From Chrysomallon squamiferum (taxonomy: Eukaryota > Animalia > Mollusca): a stretch of 64,000 bases of DNA. The DNA is taken from the NCBI GenBank assembly GCA_012295275.1, contig CM022673.1, positions 992,001 through 1,056,000 on the forward strand, given 5' to 3'. Position 1 is the first letter of the stretch, and the number at the start of each line of letters is the position of its first letter. The notes under the pieces are model-generated. The model was not told where the DNA came from and made no database searches. It saw only the letters and a program-made list of their open reading frames with translations. The translations under genes and the position numbers were made by a program. This document shows, in pieces, positions 12,633 to 26,064 of the stretch.

Positions 12633-15600
12633 TTTAGGATCTGGAGAGCAGGAACTGGCAACAAGAACACTTCATATACAGTCAAAGCGATTTTACCTAG
12701 ATGTCAAACAGAACAGACGTGGCAGGTTTATTAAAGTGGCAGAGGTATGTTACTATTTCTAATTTCACATTCAGTATTCTTTTTATCAAATGTCTGTGTC
12801 TCGCATCATGAATCCTGTGTTCTCTATATTTTGCCCTATAACTGTTCGTGGGTTTTGGTTTTTTTTTTTTTTTTTTTTTTTATGCGTGAATAACTGGTAG
12901 ATTCATGCTGAAGTAAACCTGCTTTATCTTTTAACATTAGTCTTTTAGAATTTAAATTGATTTGTTGCTAGTGATAGAGTAAAAAAAACATTAAAAAATA
13001 AATATATTTTGCTAAAGACTAAGCAATAGGAGTGAAAGTATTTTTTGGGGAAAGTGATAGAACAGGCTGAATTCTGACAAACTAAAATAATTTTACTTTC
13101 TAAGGAATAGAACAGTTTATGTGCATTAAATTAGAAAGGTTCAGAAACCTTATGTTGATTATTGACTTAATAAGTTTCATATTTTCCGCATGTTTCTACT
13201 AGGTGGGTGCAGGTGGGAAGAAAAGTCGCCTCCTTCTCGCGATGTCTTCTGCTGCAGAATTCCGAGACTATCTGACAGATTTTTCAGAACATTATGCATC
13301 CCTAGGTGGGTTATCTCAGTGGTCAAGCTTTGTTTTTGTTCATTTTTTTTTTTTTTTTCAGTATCTTTTCATTTACAGCAAACATTAGTGTAAGTACTTT
13401 CTCATTTACTGGCATATTTGCTAAGCCACACTGGAACAACTTGATCCTATTAATTTAATTTCTTTTATCTTAAATGTTCCAAGACAAAACTGTTTATTTA
13501 AACCTGCTTTTATAAATATTTAAACTGCACTGAAAATGATCTTTTGATGAAGTAATTGTTTTTACTATCAAGATAGTTTTTCAATCAGAGATATCTCGAG
13601 CAGAAATCATCTGTTTTCAGTGTGGTGCAATTAATAGCCATAACAATACAAATATGTTCTGTTTTGAAAGCTGATATTTGTTTGTTTTGTTTTTTTTGTT
13701 TATTTAAATATTAAGTCAGTTACATTTTTTTCTAGGCTGCACATAAATTTCAAAAATATTTCGATTTTAAATTTTCTTTTGAATAATGCTTTATATTACA
13801 AACTACGGTTATTTGTATGCTGTAATTATTGTGAGGCAACGGGTTTTTGGCCAGTTTTGGGTTTGATTTTTAATGTGCAGCTCTGAAATTGTTGGAGATT
13901 TTGTTAAAGCCATGTTAATTTTGTTGTTCAAACTTTGTAGATGACTTGCTTTCCAAAAGAATAAAATGTATTAATATTAAGTAAATTTAAAAAAAAAAAA
14001 AAAAATCATTACATTTTAACTATGGGTTAATAACTATCAAACATTTTGAAATGGAATAATACTAATAAATAATTCAGTTTTGTCAAAGAGTGCATGATAA
14101 TGTTTAATGAAATCTAATAGTCTTTTTTAATATTCTCTGCCAATTATATCATTAATTATATATGTTCTTTGTCTTTAAAAGCAAAAAGGAATCATTTTCT
14201 ATCTTTATCAGTAATGTGTCTTTTTGAAAGCAATGTCTGGTGTTTATTGCCAATGAAAATTTGTGAATTTGTTTTTTTTATTATTTACTGATATATCCAT
14301 ATATGGCATATGTCAACATATCTGTAACATAATTTGCCTGGCTAGGGCAGAGATACTTGGGCTGAAAGTTGATCTTTTCGTGTTTTTTGCAGAGGACAAT
14401 GATGATAGTAAGTATAGATTGCTCAACATTTTCTGCTATTTAAATTTTGCTGAGACCTGGTAAATAATGAGGCATTATTCCTATGGTAAGAATTTTTATT
14501 TCTTTCTTAACATGCAGAGTGCGGTATAAATTAATTTCGAAGGAGGAAACAAAAAAAAAAAGACCCAAAAATGGGAAAAATAAAAATAAATCTTTTAAAT
14601 TTTGAAGAGGTTTGTAAATGTGATCAAAATTATTAATGATTGTTCTTAATCCAGTCTGTTAGAGACTTTTGTTCACTAATTATGATAAAGTGGAATATAA
14701 ATATGCATGTAATGTATGTAAATAAACCTAACTATACTATGAAATGTTTAAATTCAACATTTAAAATTTAAATTTTTTATTTTATATTTATAATTTTAAC
14801 AGAAAATATGTTGCTAAAAAAACCACTCAGTAATGATAAAAAAATTAAATCGATAAGTAGGTGGAAAACACAGTAACTCCGGAATAATTCAGCTACACAG
14901 TAATGAAAGACTGACCTTAATGTATTTTTTTAATTATTTATTTTTCATTATTATTTTCTTTTTGTCTTTTTTCTTTTTTCTTTTTAAATGATACTATAAT
15001 AATGAAAAAATTATACTAAAAATCAGTTCTAATATCAAAAATACAAAATCCGTAATACAAGATGAGATCTAATTTTTTGTCTTATTGTTACTTATTGATC
15101 CATACAAAAAGCCTCACATTAGTTGCTGTGTTTGTCAATAATGTGATTTAGAGATAATTTTCAGCCCGATTCATTAAGTACTATTCTTTGTTACTATGTT
15201 ATTAAATTTTGACTTTTTAAATGTTATGTTTACAGTTTTGAAAACATTTTTCATTGTTTGGTTGTTAAATATTCTTGATAATTATTTTGATTATCTAGTC
15301 AAGTAAAGAAATAAGCTCATTTTTCAGAGTGACGTCATCTATTTAATGATTTATAATAATTAACACTAAAATTTGTAACTCAACTACAGCAATTTCTAAA
15401 CTAACCTATTATGCCTCAGTAGATATATTTAATAAATGTTTGTTTTAATAGTGAATAAAAATTCTTGACATATAGTCGTTATCTGAAAATAGATAATTTT
15501 AAAAAACCTGTGTGATTTTTGATAAGATGCTTTGACAACTTGAAGGAATTGTAGCCATTTTATTTTCTATAAAAGTTGTAATGCTTGAATGTTCCAATCT

Positions 15601-18600
15601 GAATTAATATAACCATAAGGAACAAAGGAAATAAAAGTAGATTAAATTGTGTTCATAATAATTTTGTGTTTCTCCCTGCATTTTAAAATATTGGAATTCT
15701 TTTTCATCAGATTAATGCACGTTAAGATAAATTTTGCTCATGTACCTCTGCCCAGCTGTACATTCCATTTTTGCTTTTCAGTTTCTATATAACAGAGCCC
15801 TTCTCTTGCAGGTCCTGCCAATACAGAGAACCCACCTGAAGATGGCAAACTAAAGAGTGAAATGATTGTCAAGGATAACAGACGGTATTACCTTGACCTT
15901 AAAGAGAACCAGCGTGGAAGATTCCTAAGAGTAAGTAGAATATATAATGAAAGTCCTGAAACAGATTAAGCTAATAAAAAATGAAAACAGACACACACAT
16001 CCAGCTTTACAAGAAAAACTGGAATTAGTTTTAATGACTTAACTTTTAATTTTTAATTTTCACATTCAGTGTCCTCAAAACATGTAAAAGAATTAGTTAT
16101 CCATTGAAAGTGGATAATACAAGAAATGTATTTAATGCAAATGCATGAACATTTTCTGTTTAAAATATTTCTATTCTGAAATGGTTTGTAATATTAAAGT
16201 GTTTTTTTTAAAAATACATCGAAGAAAGATAAGCACTCAACACGTTAAAATCTATGGTTAAGAGACATTCTACACTGATTAAGGATTAAGTAGATTTAGT
16301 GAGGAAATAAGTCACACAGTAGACTGTGCATTTTCAGTTGGGAGTTTCTTGTATGTACTTGATACTCTTGAGCCAGGGACAAGAAATAGTCCAATATGCT
16401 GAAGAGAATTAATTCAGAATACTGTCTATGTTTTAGCCTTCCACTTTAGCATCAAAATCATAGTCTCTCTCCCTTGTTAAATGCCATATTAATACAAAAT
16501 TTATAAAAATATTCCACATATATACTTTTTTTTAATGGTTGTGGCTCATCAAGTTATTAAATAATTTTAGTTTGTGAGTGTTTAAGATTTTTATTCTTTT
16601 TGTGGTTTAAAAGAACTATTTACAAGACTTGTTATTATATAAATTTCTTAAGGATTTAATAATATATAATAATGCAAATAAAAATACATCAGTGCAGTAT
16701 TTTGCTAGATTTCCACTTTGCCATTTTATGCATATATTTTTCATGTGTATGTGTGTGTGTGTGTGCCATTTTATTTTTCAAATAACAGTTTATCCAGTGC
16801 TATTTTTTTCACTATCCCTAGCATCTAATTTATTTAACTTTAAGCTGAAGTGTTCATTTTATAAGTATGTAAATGGTTTTGTAAATGTTTAAAGTTAATA
16901 GTTAAAGGTTGTAATTTGTTTGCCTTGAGCATTAATATTTAACACTTTTATTGTTTTGGGGCATTTTTAAATTTCAGTAAGGAGAATAACATTTGTTTTC
17001 CACAGGTTTCACAAACCATACCACGAGGAGGTCCACGTTCACAAATCGCTATACCCGCACAAGGCATGATCGAATTCAGAGATGCTCTCACAGAGCTACT
17101 TGACGAATTTGGCACCGATGATCAAGGTGAGGATGGTAAGATCACAATTTGTATGTCTTACAATAAAATGATTTAATCAATCCAAGGTTTGTATCTTTTT
17201 CTAATGAATTGTTGTTTTGTTTGGACTGTTTTTACTAAACTGGGTGTACATTCTGTCTTATTGTTTGTTTTTTCTACTGTTTTGTTTGTATTGTTTTCTG
17301 CTAGGCCGATTGTGTAATGTGTTGTAGTAGTTTGTATGTTTTATGCCAAGCTGGTTCAGTTCTGTGTTTTATAAGTTGATTATCTGTGTACCATTTGGAG
17401 CCTGCAAAAATTTGTTCCAACCATTTCTTTCTAAGCTGTATAGTATTAAATAAAGCTTTTAATTTGTAGGACATTCTGCTTAACTGTTATTTTTAATAAA
17501 AAATGTTTTGTAAAACTGAAGCTGTGGTTTGTACTAATTAATGTAACCTAGCTATATTACATATTAATGATACGAAATGTATAAATTTGGCATTATTTTA
17601 TACTAATCTAAAACTTGTCTTGGCAGCTTTTATCAAACATTATTTTATCAAACAAAGTTACAGTTGTAACCTAATAAATGCCAGTATTAAAATGCATTTA
17701 TAGGTTATTAAACATTGATTATTTTCATTTGTTATATATAAAAGAAAATTTCTTGCTCTGTGTTTCAAATTTGTATATGTTTGTCTTATGTTTACATTTA
17801 AAGGATGTCCAGTATTCTGTTTTAATGGCTGGAACTAACATACTTACTTGCATTAATTACAATAACCCTTTATTTGTAATTTACATCATAAAAAACCATA
17901 TATAATAAAAATAATGAAGAAATGATTCATTTAATACCATTCTGTTTAATATTTAAATATTTCAGGTTGCTCGTTATGTGTATGTACAAATCGCATGAAG
18001 AATGGATTAATTTTTTATAAAAATAATAACTAAATATTTTATGATCTTAATAATCAATGGAATCAAATTACTCAAAATTGCTTATACATGAGTATGCAAC
18101 AATGTCCAAAGACGCTGATACAAATCCAAAAATTTCCATTCAAATATTTTCCATGCTGCATATTACTTAAAGAGTTACTTCAAATTTCAGAACCTCAAAG
18201 TGAACTACCAGAAAGCCGATCAATGCGAGTAGAAAACAAAATGTTCTATTTTGACGTCGGCTCAAATAGAAGAGGAGTATATATGCGTGTATCAGAGGTA
18301 AGAAACTCATTATGTTACATGTATACTCATCAGTGATGGAAACTCCTTTTAAAATTAAGCAAACAAAAATAAAAACTTAGTTATAGAGTTAATGCAGTTA
18401 AATATTACACTGAACACTATTAGTGATTAAACAAATGCAGTGTTTTTAGGAAAGGAATGTGTTGCTTGAAATTTATTTCTTTTTTTCGTATTATTTCCCC
18501 ATATTTTTTATTTTTATTTTTATTTTATTTTTAAATCCTTTAATGTGGTGAAAAAATGGTTATCCGTAGGAAATTTATCTGAAATCCTTATATGCTAGCA

Positions 18601-21313
18601 TGTAAAAAATACTGATTCATTTAATTTTTATAATTTTAAATTTAACTATTAAAAATGTTTAAAGTTTTCAGCATTATAATTGTTAAATTGCAAATTAAAA
18701 GCAAAAACTAAAATTGTGACATCTGTAATTATATTTAAAAACTAATGATACTGTCAAATTTGTAATTTCATAATCCTTTTTAATTGTTTAACCTTTTTAC
18801 TTCTGTGCATCCTGTTAGTTTTTGTCTTATGGGCATTATAGTGGATTTGAATTTTCTTTGTCATTTTTTTTTTTTTAATTTAAAATAATTTTATTTAAAA
18901 ATAAATTAATTTTTAAAAAAATCAAAAATTCAGTTCTTCATTTTTCATTTTCATTGTCCATCTCATTCTGTCATCATGTTACGTGCTTTGTCATGCTTCC
19001 CTTGGTAACTGTTTATTTTTTATTTTGTTTTTATTTATTTTTTCATCTTTCTATGTCATTTCTTCCACAGTCTCACAATCTGTAATACCATGTTCAACAA
19101 AGCTCAAAGTTTTATATAAAAAATTCAAAAAAAAAAAAGAAAAACAATTTCAACAAACTTTCTTTGTCAGTTGTTTCTAAATGTTAAAATCTGCAAATTG
19201 TTTTTAGTTACTTTACTAGTCTTCTCTCCAGTTGATAAACACTGAAAATGAGTTGCATTCAACAAAAATCAAAATCTTTGATAGCATAGTAACAGTAACA
19301 TGAGCTTATAAACAGAAATAAGACAAAATATTGACTGATAAAAACGCAAAGAGAGTACTGAATTTCTGTCCAGTCTAACAAGTGAGGCTTTAAACTTTCA
19401 CAAAAAAAAGGAAATCATTCCGACTATAAATGTTCATTTGATATAAAGAAACTGCTCAGATTACAGTTGTTAATTATATTATATAGATAAATGCAGTAGT
19501 GTTTCCATTTTTATTTAGCATCTGTTGCTTTTTACTGTATGCTAATGTGTTCACAGTATGTAAATGCAAACATACATGACTTTAAATGTTAATCTTATTG
19601 GATTAGAAAGAAATTATTTGGCAAATCTTTAGTATCTTTTTTGTACATGGTAAAAAAAAAAGCTATTGTAATTCTGGGGATTTTTTGTTCAATTTTTTTT
19701 TTTATATATATAAATTTTTCTACCTATAATTATTTTTGGTAATATTAAATTGAAATATTTATTTACAATAAAGAAAAAACACTTGAAAAATACCAGATTC
19801 ATAAAAATTAAAATTTAATATTTTGTGATACAAGTGTATTGTACCAAAAATCTGATAATGGATGGGATAATCTTTACCTTTTTTTTTCTCCCTTTAAATT
19901 TTATTGATTAATTTTTTTTTCTCTCATTTAAATTCCATTTCTTCCTCTTTTTTTAATTTTATTTAATTTTATTTGTTTTTTAAATTATATTTGTGAAAAA
20001 TGTAAATACGGTCAAATTCAGGATTAAATACACCATTAATTTTTGTGAAATACAGTTTCTGCATTGTGTCCTGACTTTTACAAGATTTTGTTTATCTGGC
20101 ATCTGTTTCAAATATAACAAAAACAAAATTGTGAATTCATGGCAGTTCTGGAATGTTCTAAAAAAAATGCGTATCATTCAAAATAAAGTGCTACCAAAAT
20201 ATTATTTTTTAAATCCAAACTGTAAACTGCAAATACTATGATTTAGTTTTGGTTCTGGATGTTTACTTGACATTTATTTTATGAATTTCTTAAAAAAAGG
20301 TTATGTTGTGCGTTGTGTGTAAACACAGCAGGGTTTTGCAAAAGATTGGCATACAGTTTCCACAGTCTTTAAGCTGTAACTCTTTTTTCAGGTGGTCTCT
20401 GGGTATGATTCACGGAATTATAGATCGAGTCCTCAGGTAAAATTATTGTCTTCTAGGTGATGTTTTATGTAACTGTTAGATTTGGTTGGTGTAGCCATGT
20501 CATCTTTTCCTTAACATTTCTCTAAGCCTCACCTTGAATATTTAAATATATGACTCTTTCTTTGGTACATGGTAATACAGATAGAGCTGTCCTTTTTTCT
20601 GTTTTGTACTTCTGTTTGTAATCCCTTTGTTTCATCAGTGCATTCATGTTACTGTTCATCATTGTAATCATGACATCATCATCATCAAGATTTATGTCCA
20701 TTACTACTACTAGTATTAGTTTATTTTCATTGTCATGGTAAGAAATGAATAATACTGGGGGGATACTTATTATAAACAGATTTTTTCTTTATGATTGATA
20801 CTGAAGTTATATATTTTCTACATTCTATTTAACACCTTTTTTAAGCAACTGCAGCATATGTGAATGCATGCACTGATAAATTTTTTGTTTCAGTGCAGAT
20901 TTAGATAGTGTACGTAAACTCAATAAAAGGGATTTGAAGAATCTGTTAAACTGTTAGCTACCTTTAAATTGTTTGTAAATCATATCACTATAACAATTTT
21001 TTTTTTTTCAATTTTGTGACAACCAACATTTTTTATAGCCCATTTGTTTAGAATTATGTAAATTAAAAGTTCATACCATTTAGTGAAATGTGCATGTTTT
21101 CTATTACAATGAAAGTTTTATTACGGGTTTTTGGTTTATTTTCTAAATTTGATTTGTTTTAAAAAAAAAAAAACATTTTACCTTCCATTGATTATTTTAC
21201 AGGTTCGAAATAACTTCCGTACTGCCATCACCATTCCAGAGCGATCATGGGCCAGGTTTCGTGATGTACTTTCGGAATTTGTGGACCGGCCCGACAAGAA
21301 GGAGTCCCAGTAG
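7845..21313 (+). CDS. PURA: Transcriptional activator / ssDNA-RNA binding protein Pur-alpha (three PUR repeats), about 244 aa
   Basis: Exons 7845-7902, 12638-12744, 13203-13305, 15812-15930, 17006-17135 (alternative donor 17126), 18191-18297, 21203-21313, all GT-AG and in phase. PUR motifs: [89 protein letters not shown]. The exon 1 donor (AG|GTTATT) is weak, so the N-terminal exon is less certain. Confidence 0.95.
14393..14407 (+). CDS. PURA: Candidate 15-nt Pur-alpha microexon (EDNDD)
   Basis: cttttcgtgttttttgcag|AGGACAATGATGATA|gtaagt; phase 1-1, matching the surrounding intron; no stop. Confidence 0.65.
20392..20436 (+). CDS. PURA: Candidate 45-nt Pur-alpha cassette exon ([15 protein letters not shown])
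   Basis: ctcttttttcag|GTGGTC...CCTCAG|gtaaaa; phase 0-0, open in the Pur frame. Confidence 0.7.
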
Positions 21314-22385
21314 GGCCAGATCTATCAGCTGTGAACAGCGACCAAAACTGACCTGCTTATGACTTAGGGAATGTGCTTGGTGATGTCCGTCTGTCTGTAT
21401 GTCCTGTGTTTGTGGACCTGTGTCTGTTTACAAAGACTGCATATTTTACTGAACAGTGGGTCCAGATCAGATTTAAAATGCATCTATAAATGAAAAATGA
21501 ATGCCAAAATTTTTTTATTTATTTATTTAAAAAAAAAAAAAGAAGAAAAACAAAATGACGGTAGAAACATCCAGTACTGTGGAAAGAAAGAGCACTAGTT
21601 AAGCCATGATATCTTTCTGGGCCATTAATTGTGATATGTGAAAAAAAACTAAATTAAGGATTTAAAACAAGAAAAAAAAAAAGATGTAAAGTTTACTGCA
21701 GAATGCATTTTGAGAATGGTTTAAGAAAATGGGAATTCCCATTAAAAAATCCTGCCAATCCGATTTGATGAGGTAAATTCTAGGCACCATGCTTATCTGC
21801 GTGATTTTGTGCCTCGGTGGCAGCAAAGCTTGCCTGCAATCATACTTCATAATCATTTGTTAGTTCATTTCATGCATTTTTTGTGTTTATCTTTTTATTA
21901 TTATTTTATACCATATCATTGGCAATGATCGGAGATGATTATAAAGCACATTTCCTTTGTCCTTTTGAGGCAATGAGATTCTGCCAGCAGCAGTAGTCAG
22001 AATATACTTATGTACGGATTCGTGGAAAGTTTTCCGTGATTGTTTTCATCTACAGTTCTGTAGTGATAATTGGTTTTTAATAGTGTGGTTAAGGAGAACA
22101 AGGTTTTAAGCTTGTTACGCTGTTAGCATCCCTGTTATTTGTTGTTGTTAAATGATGGACTCTGGGATATTGTAAATTATTGTATACAGATTGCGACAAC
22201 TTATTATTATTATCCTGGAAAGGCTGTACGCAATGGTGATGTTGCTACTGTGTAAAATGCATAACGTGGTGGTCGGCTTGTTTTAGTAGAAAATAAAACA
22301 CAAGTATTGACATTGTTTGCACCCTATTGGTGCACTTTAGTTTTTTGGTTGTTGAATGATGGTTTAGGAGATACATTTTTTTGTT

Positions 22386-22429
<44 letters not shown>

Positions 22430-23467
22430 CAAAGAAAAGCCTTTTTGTTTCACTATTTCAGTACAGCAGGAGGGGTACACAGACAGTTTGTCTGTTATAG
22501 TTGCCATGCCATGCCAGATTTCAGAGTACATATTTAGTAAGCTGAGGAAGATTGCAAGTAGCATGTTCAAAATACGGCAAGAAGAAAAAATAGCAATGTT
22601 TGGGCTGTCCCATTTTCAAAAAACAAAAAAGAAAAAAAGATCTCAGTTTTGAATGTACAAGCAATAAAGAGCACATAGATATCATGACCTGGAAAAATAA
22701 TGTGAAAGAAGTCTGTACAAGAAAGGTTGAATAGATAAACTGTCTGTGTGCCACAAGCAAATAATGTTTTAGGTTGAGGTGTTGATATTTCTTCACATGG
22801 TTTGCCAGATAATTGGTCGCAGTATTTATTGTTGTAATGTTATGATAGTGTACACTTGCGTCATGCATTTGGACATTGATGAGGTCTTGTTAATGATTAT
22901 GTGTAACAGATTTTATTAATCCAAAACAAAATTTTAATTTAACAATAAAAAATAATTTCATTGACAATCTAGAGCGGTGGTGAAAGGGAACAACAACCTT
23001 AAAGATGATTAAAGAGAGAAGCTATCAACATGCTTGGAAAACAAAATGCCCACCATCTGTTGTGTGGAAATAGTTACTTTGTTGATTAATATAAGATGTT
23101 TTGTACATAAGTTATGTGATAAAAACAACAATGGAAAGATTTAAAAATAATAATTAAAGAAATATGGAAAATTAAAATTCTCAAATATTTCCTTTGCTTT
23201 CTCATCGGGTAACATCAAGCTACAACTTTTTTCTTAAGATTTTCCACAAACAGTTCCATTGTGATGTCCTCTTATTTATTTCTTTGAAGAAGCTAGTGCT
23301 AACCAACATATTCATCTGTTATTTTTATGTATTTTGTTGATCAATGTATGTTAGAATTGACAAACATTTTACCCATATTTATCAACAGACCTTAACAAGG
23401 AAGAATGTTAGTTCCTTGTGTTGCTAGAGCCTTTTCCAATCTTATTACATATATATATACATATGTA

Positions 23468-23509
<42 letters not shown>

Positions 23510-25660
23510 TTATTTTTTTTTATTATTTTTTTTTAGTAAGTTATATTTATGTGTTGTATTAAGTATTGCACTCTGGTTATCACTGGAAGTTTATATAACT
23601 CATTCTTGTTACTCGGGGTTTTCTCAATTTTTTTTTTTTTTTTTTTTTTTTGTTGCTGTTGCATGCCTTACACAAAATAATTTTGGGCTTCTTGTTATTT
23701 TGTGATAATTTATTAAAAAAAAAAATTAAGCTGTGATCAATTGGCTTGCCATGTACCTAGATGACCACAGGGACAAGTACTGGATTTACAATTAACCCTT
23801 GTGATTGTTCCAAAATTCATCTTGGCAAGTACTGTAGAGGTGTAGGGTACACAACTTGATGAGCATATTTATCTATTCTGACTTAATTTTTATTTCCAGT
23901 TAAACATTAAAATGTTGACATTTGATGCATTTCTGCAGAGCTTCCACCCCATGTACCATCCTGAAACATGGAATATGTCATTTACACTGGGTAGCAGAAG
24001 TGGGTTTTGTATTTTATAGTTGACACTTAAGTTAATACTAACCTAATGAAAGCTCTTTCTCTATAAGTGACCTATGCATCAGTTTTAGATCTAATTTTTC
24101 ACATCAAGTGCTCTCTCTTCTCATCTTTTGTTATATTTATATTGTACATGTAGGGTTAAAAAATCTTTGAAAAAATAGAGGCAGGAGTAAAATCCCACAT
24201 AAATAAAAATATTTTAGTAATTTCAGAAATTATATTTTAGTCAACATGGTGACACAAATGGCATCAAATCTAAGTTTTGTTTGTAGTAATAGATTAAGCA
24301 GGTTATATGTACCAGAATATTAAATTCTAACAGCAATTATATGGGAAATGTAGTTCTACAGAGTAGTTAAATAACTTTGTTTTATTAAAATAATAATTTA
24401 TTTCTCCAACTTCAAATTGTTCAATACTGTGCTTGTCTAGTTACTACTTTCAAACTAAAAATTACAATTAAAAATAATGGCAGTATTTATTTGCATATAA
24501 AAAGTATTTATTACCATATGATTTATTAAAGAAAAAATATAATAAGCAATATGCATTTTTATCTACTGATTCTGATAACATTTTGTTTTTAGATTTTAAT
24601 ATTAGATTAGTTGTTTGTTTGTTTTTTTAACAGGAGTTCAAAACAAATTAATATTTTATTCATACTAAACCATTTCATTGTATTTTTCCATACCATCAAC
24701 ACTGTTTAAATGAAGAATACCACCTTTTGTTTTTACATTGCAGCTACATAGATCAGCTTTTCCCTATGTCCTACATAAAGATGGAAATAGTAACTTTTTA
24801 TAATCAGGTTTAAATGTATCCTATGTTAATAACATCTGAAAAAAAAAAGAAGAAAAATTACATTTTTGCTCTGTAAATAGCTCTATAAATTTATACATTT
24901 TTAGCTTTAATTTAAAATGTTCAATGAAAGAATAGATGCATACATAATGTTAACATGCAACATGAAAAAAAAAATTTAACGTAAGAATTAGTAATGGAAA
25001 AATAACTTAATTTCACTGGCACCATACTTTAAATATATATTATTAAATTTAAAAATTTTAAATTGTCCATATTTTATACAGTTTTTGGCTTTTCCGGGAT
25101 ATTTTTTTTGTTGTTGAATTTTTAAAAGAATTGTATCTTAAAAAGGATCGTTCAACATTTTTGGAAACTTTTTTTTCCTGATGACACATATTTATTAATG
25201 TTTCTTTTGCTCTATCACTAAAAAAAAAAAAACCAGTAATAATAATTTTTATTTAATGAAAGGGGGAAATTTTAGGATGTAGAGAACAATTTTTATTAAT
25301 GCAGACTGTTTTCCATTCTTTTTAAGATTTAAAAAAAAAAAAAAAAAATGTTGAACCATCCCATTTGTTCTCTCTCCATCCATGATGTACATTTTGGTCA
25401 GATCGAATGATATTACCCACCCTCTCCAGAATTGTTTGTTGTTGAATCTTATTTACTAGAATATTTCAAAGTGCTCCAATAACTGTTAAACAATGGAAGA
25501 GTATAGAGAAGCCCAAAGACATTATTTTTTTAGGTAGGTTCTTAGAGGTGTTTCAAGGTTGTAATTGCAGTTTAAACTGTACAGTACTTTTACTTAACAA
25601 TGGAAACATGTTCTAAAATTGTTGTGCATCCATTAAATATATACTGTTGATACCTGTGTT
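21314..25660 (+). other. Probable long Pur-alpha 3' UTR
   Basis: No coding exon follows the stop. U-rich sequence with several AATAAA and a distal ATTAAA (25632-25637) followed by a GU/U-rich tract. The 3' end is inferred. Confidence 0.5.
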
Positions 25661-26024
25661 ATGTTTTTTGTTTAACTACATCATTTCCATTTTATTATTC
25701 AGTAACAAGTTTTATCAACTCCATGATCATTTACATTAGAATGCATGAAGAACATGAACATAAAATGGACACTTGTGTATTAACAGTGGAAAGTATCTGC
25801 AAGTTAATAAATATTAAGACTAAGAACTGAACAAAGGAATTGTTATTTTAGGTCACATTTTGGCACCAATGATTTTTGATAATGAATTCAAGATGTGAAT
25901 ATGCATCTGTACTATTCTCATTATTTCTATTTAAGTGGAATGAAGATAAAATTGGAACAGAAAGTTCCAATTTGTTTCGGTGTTCAAAAAGAAAAAAATT
26001 ACAAACCAAATAAATGAAAAATTA

Positions 26025-26030
26025 TTTATT
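26025..26030 (-). terminator. Polyadenylation signal AATAAA of the SNF/U1A gene
   Basis: Plus-strand TTTATT about 390 nt past the stop, followed on the minus strand by U/GU-rich sequence. Confidence 0.7.
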
Positions 26031-26064
26031 AAAAGTCCAAATAAATGAAATTAAATGAGATGAA

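Noticed and set aside
16230-16420. Possible degenerate SINE remnant
   Set aside because: Only a recalled resemblance; no clear A/B boxes, tail or target-site duplication, and no second copy in the window.
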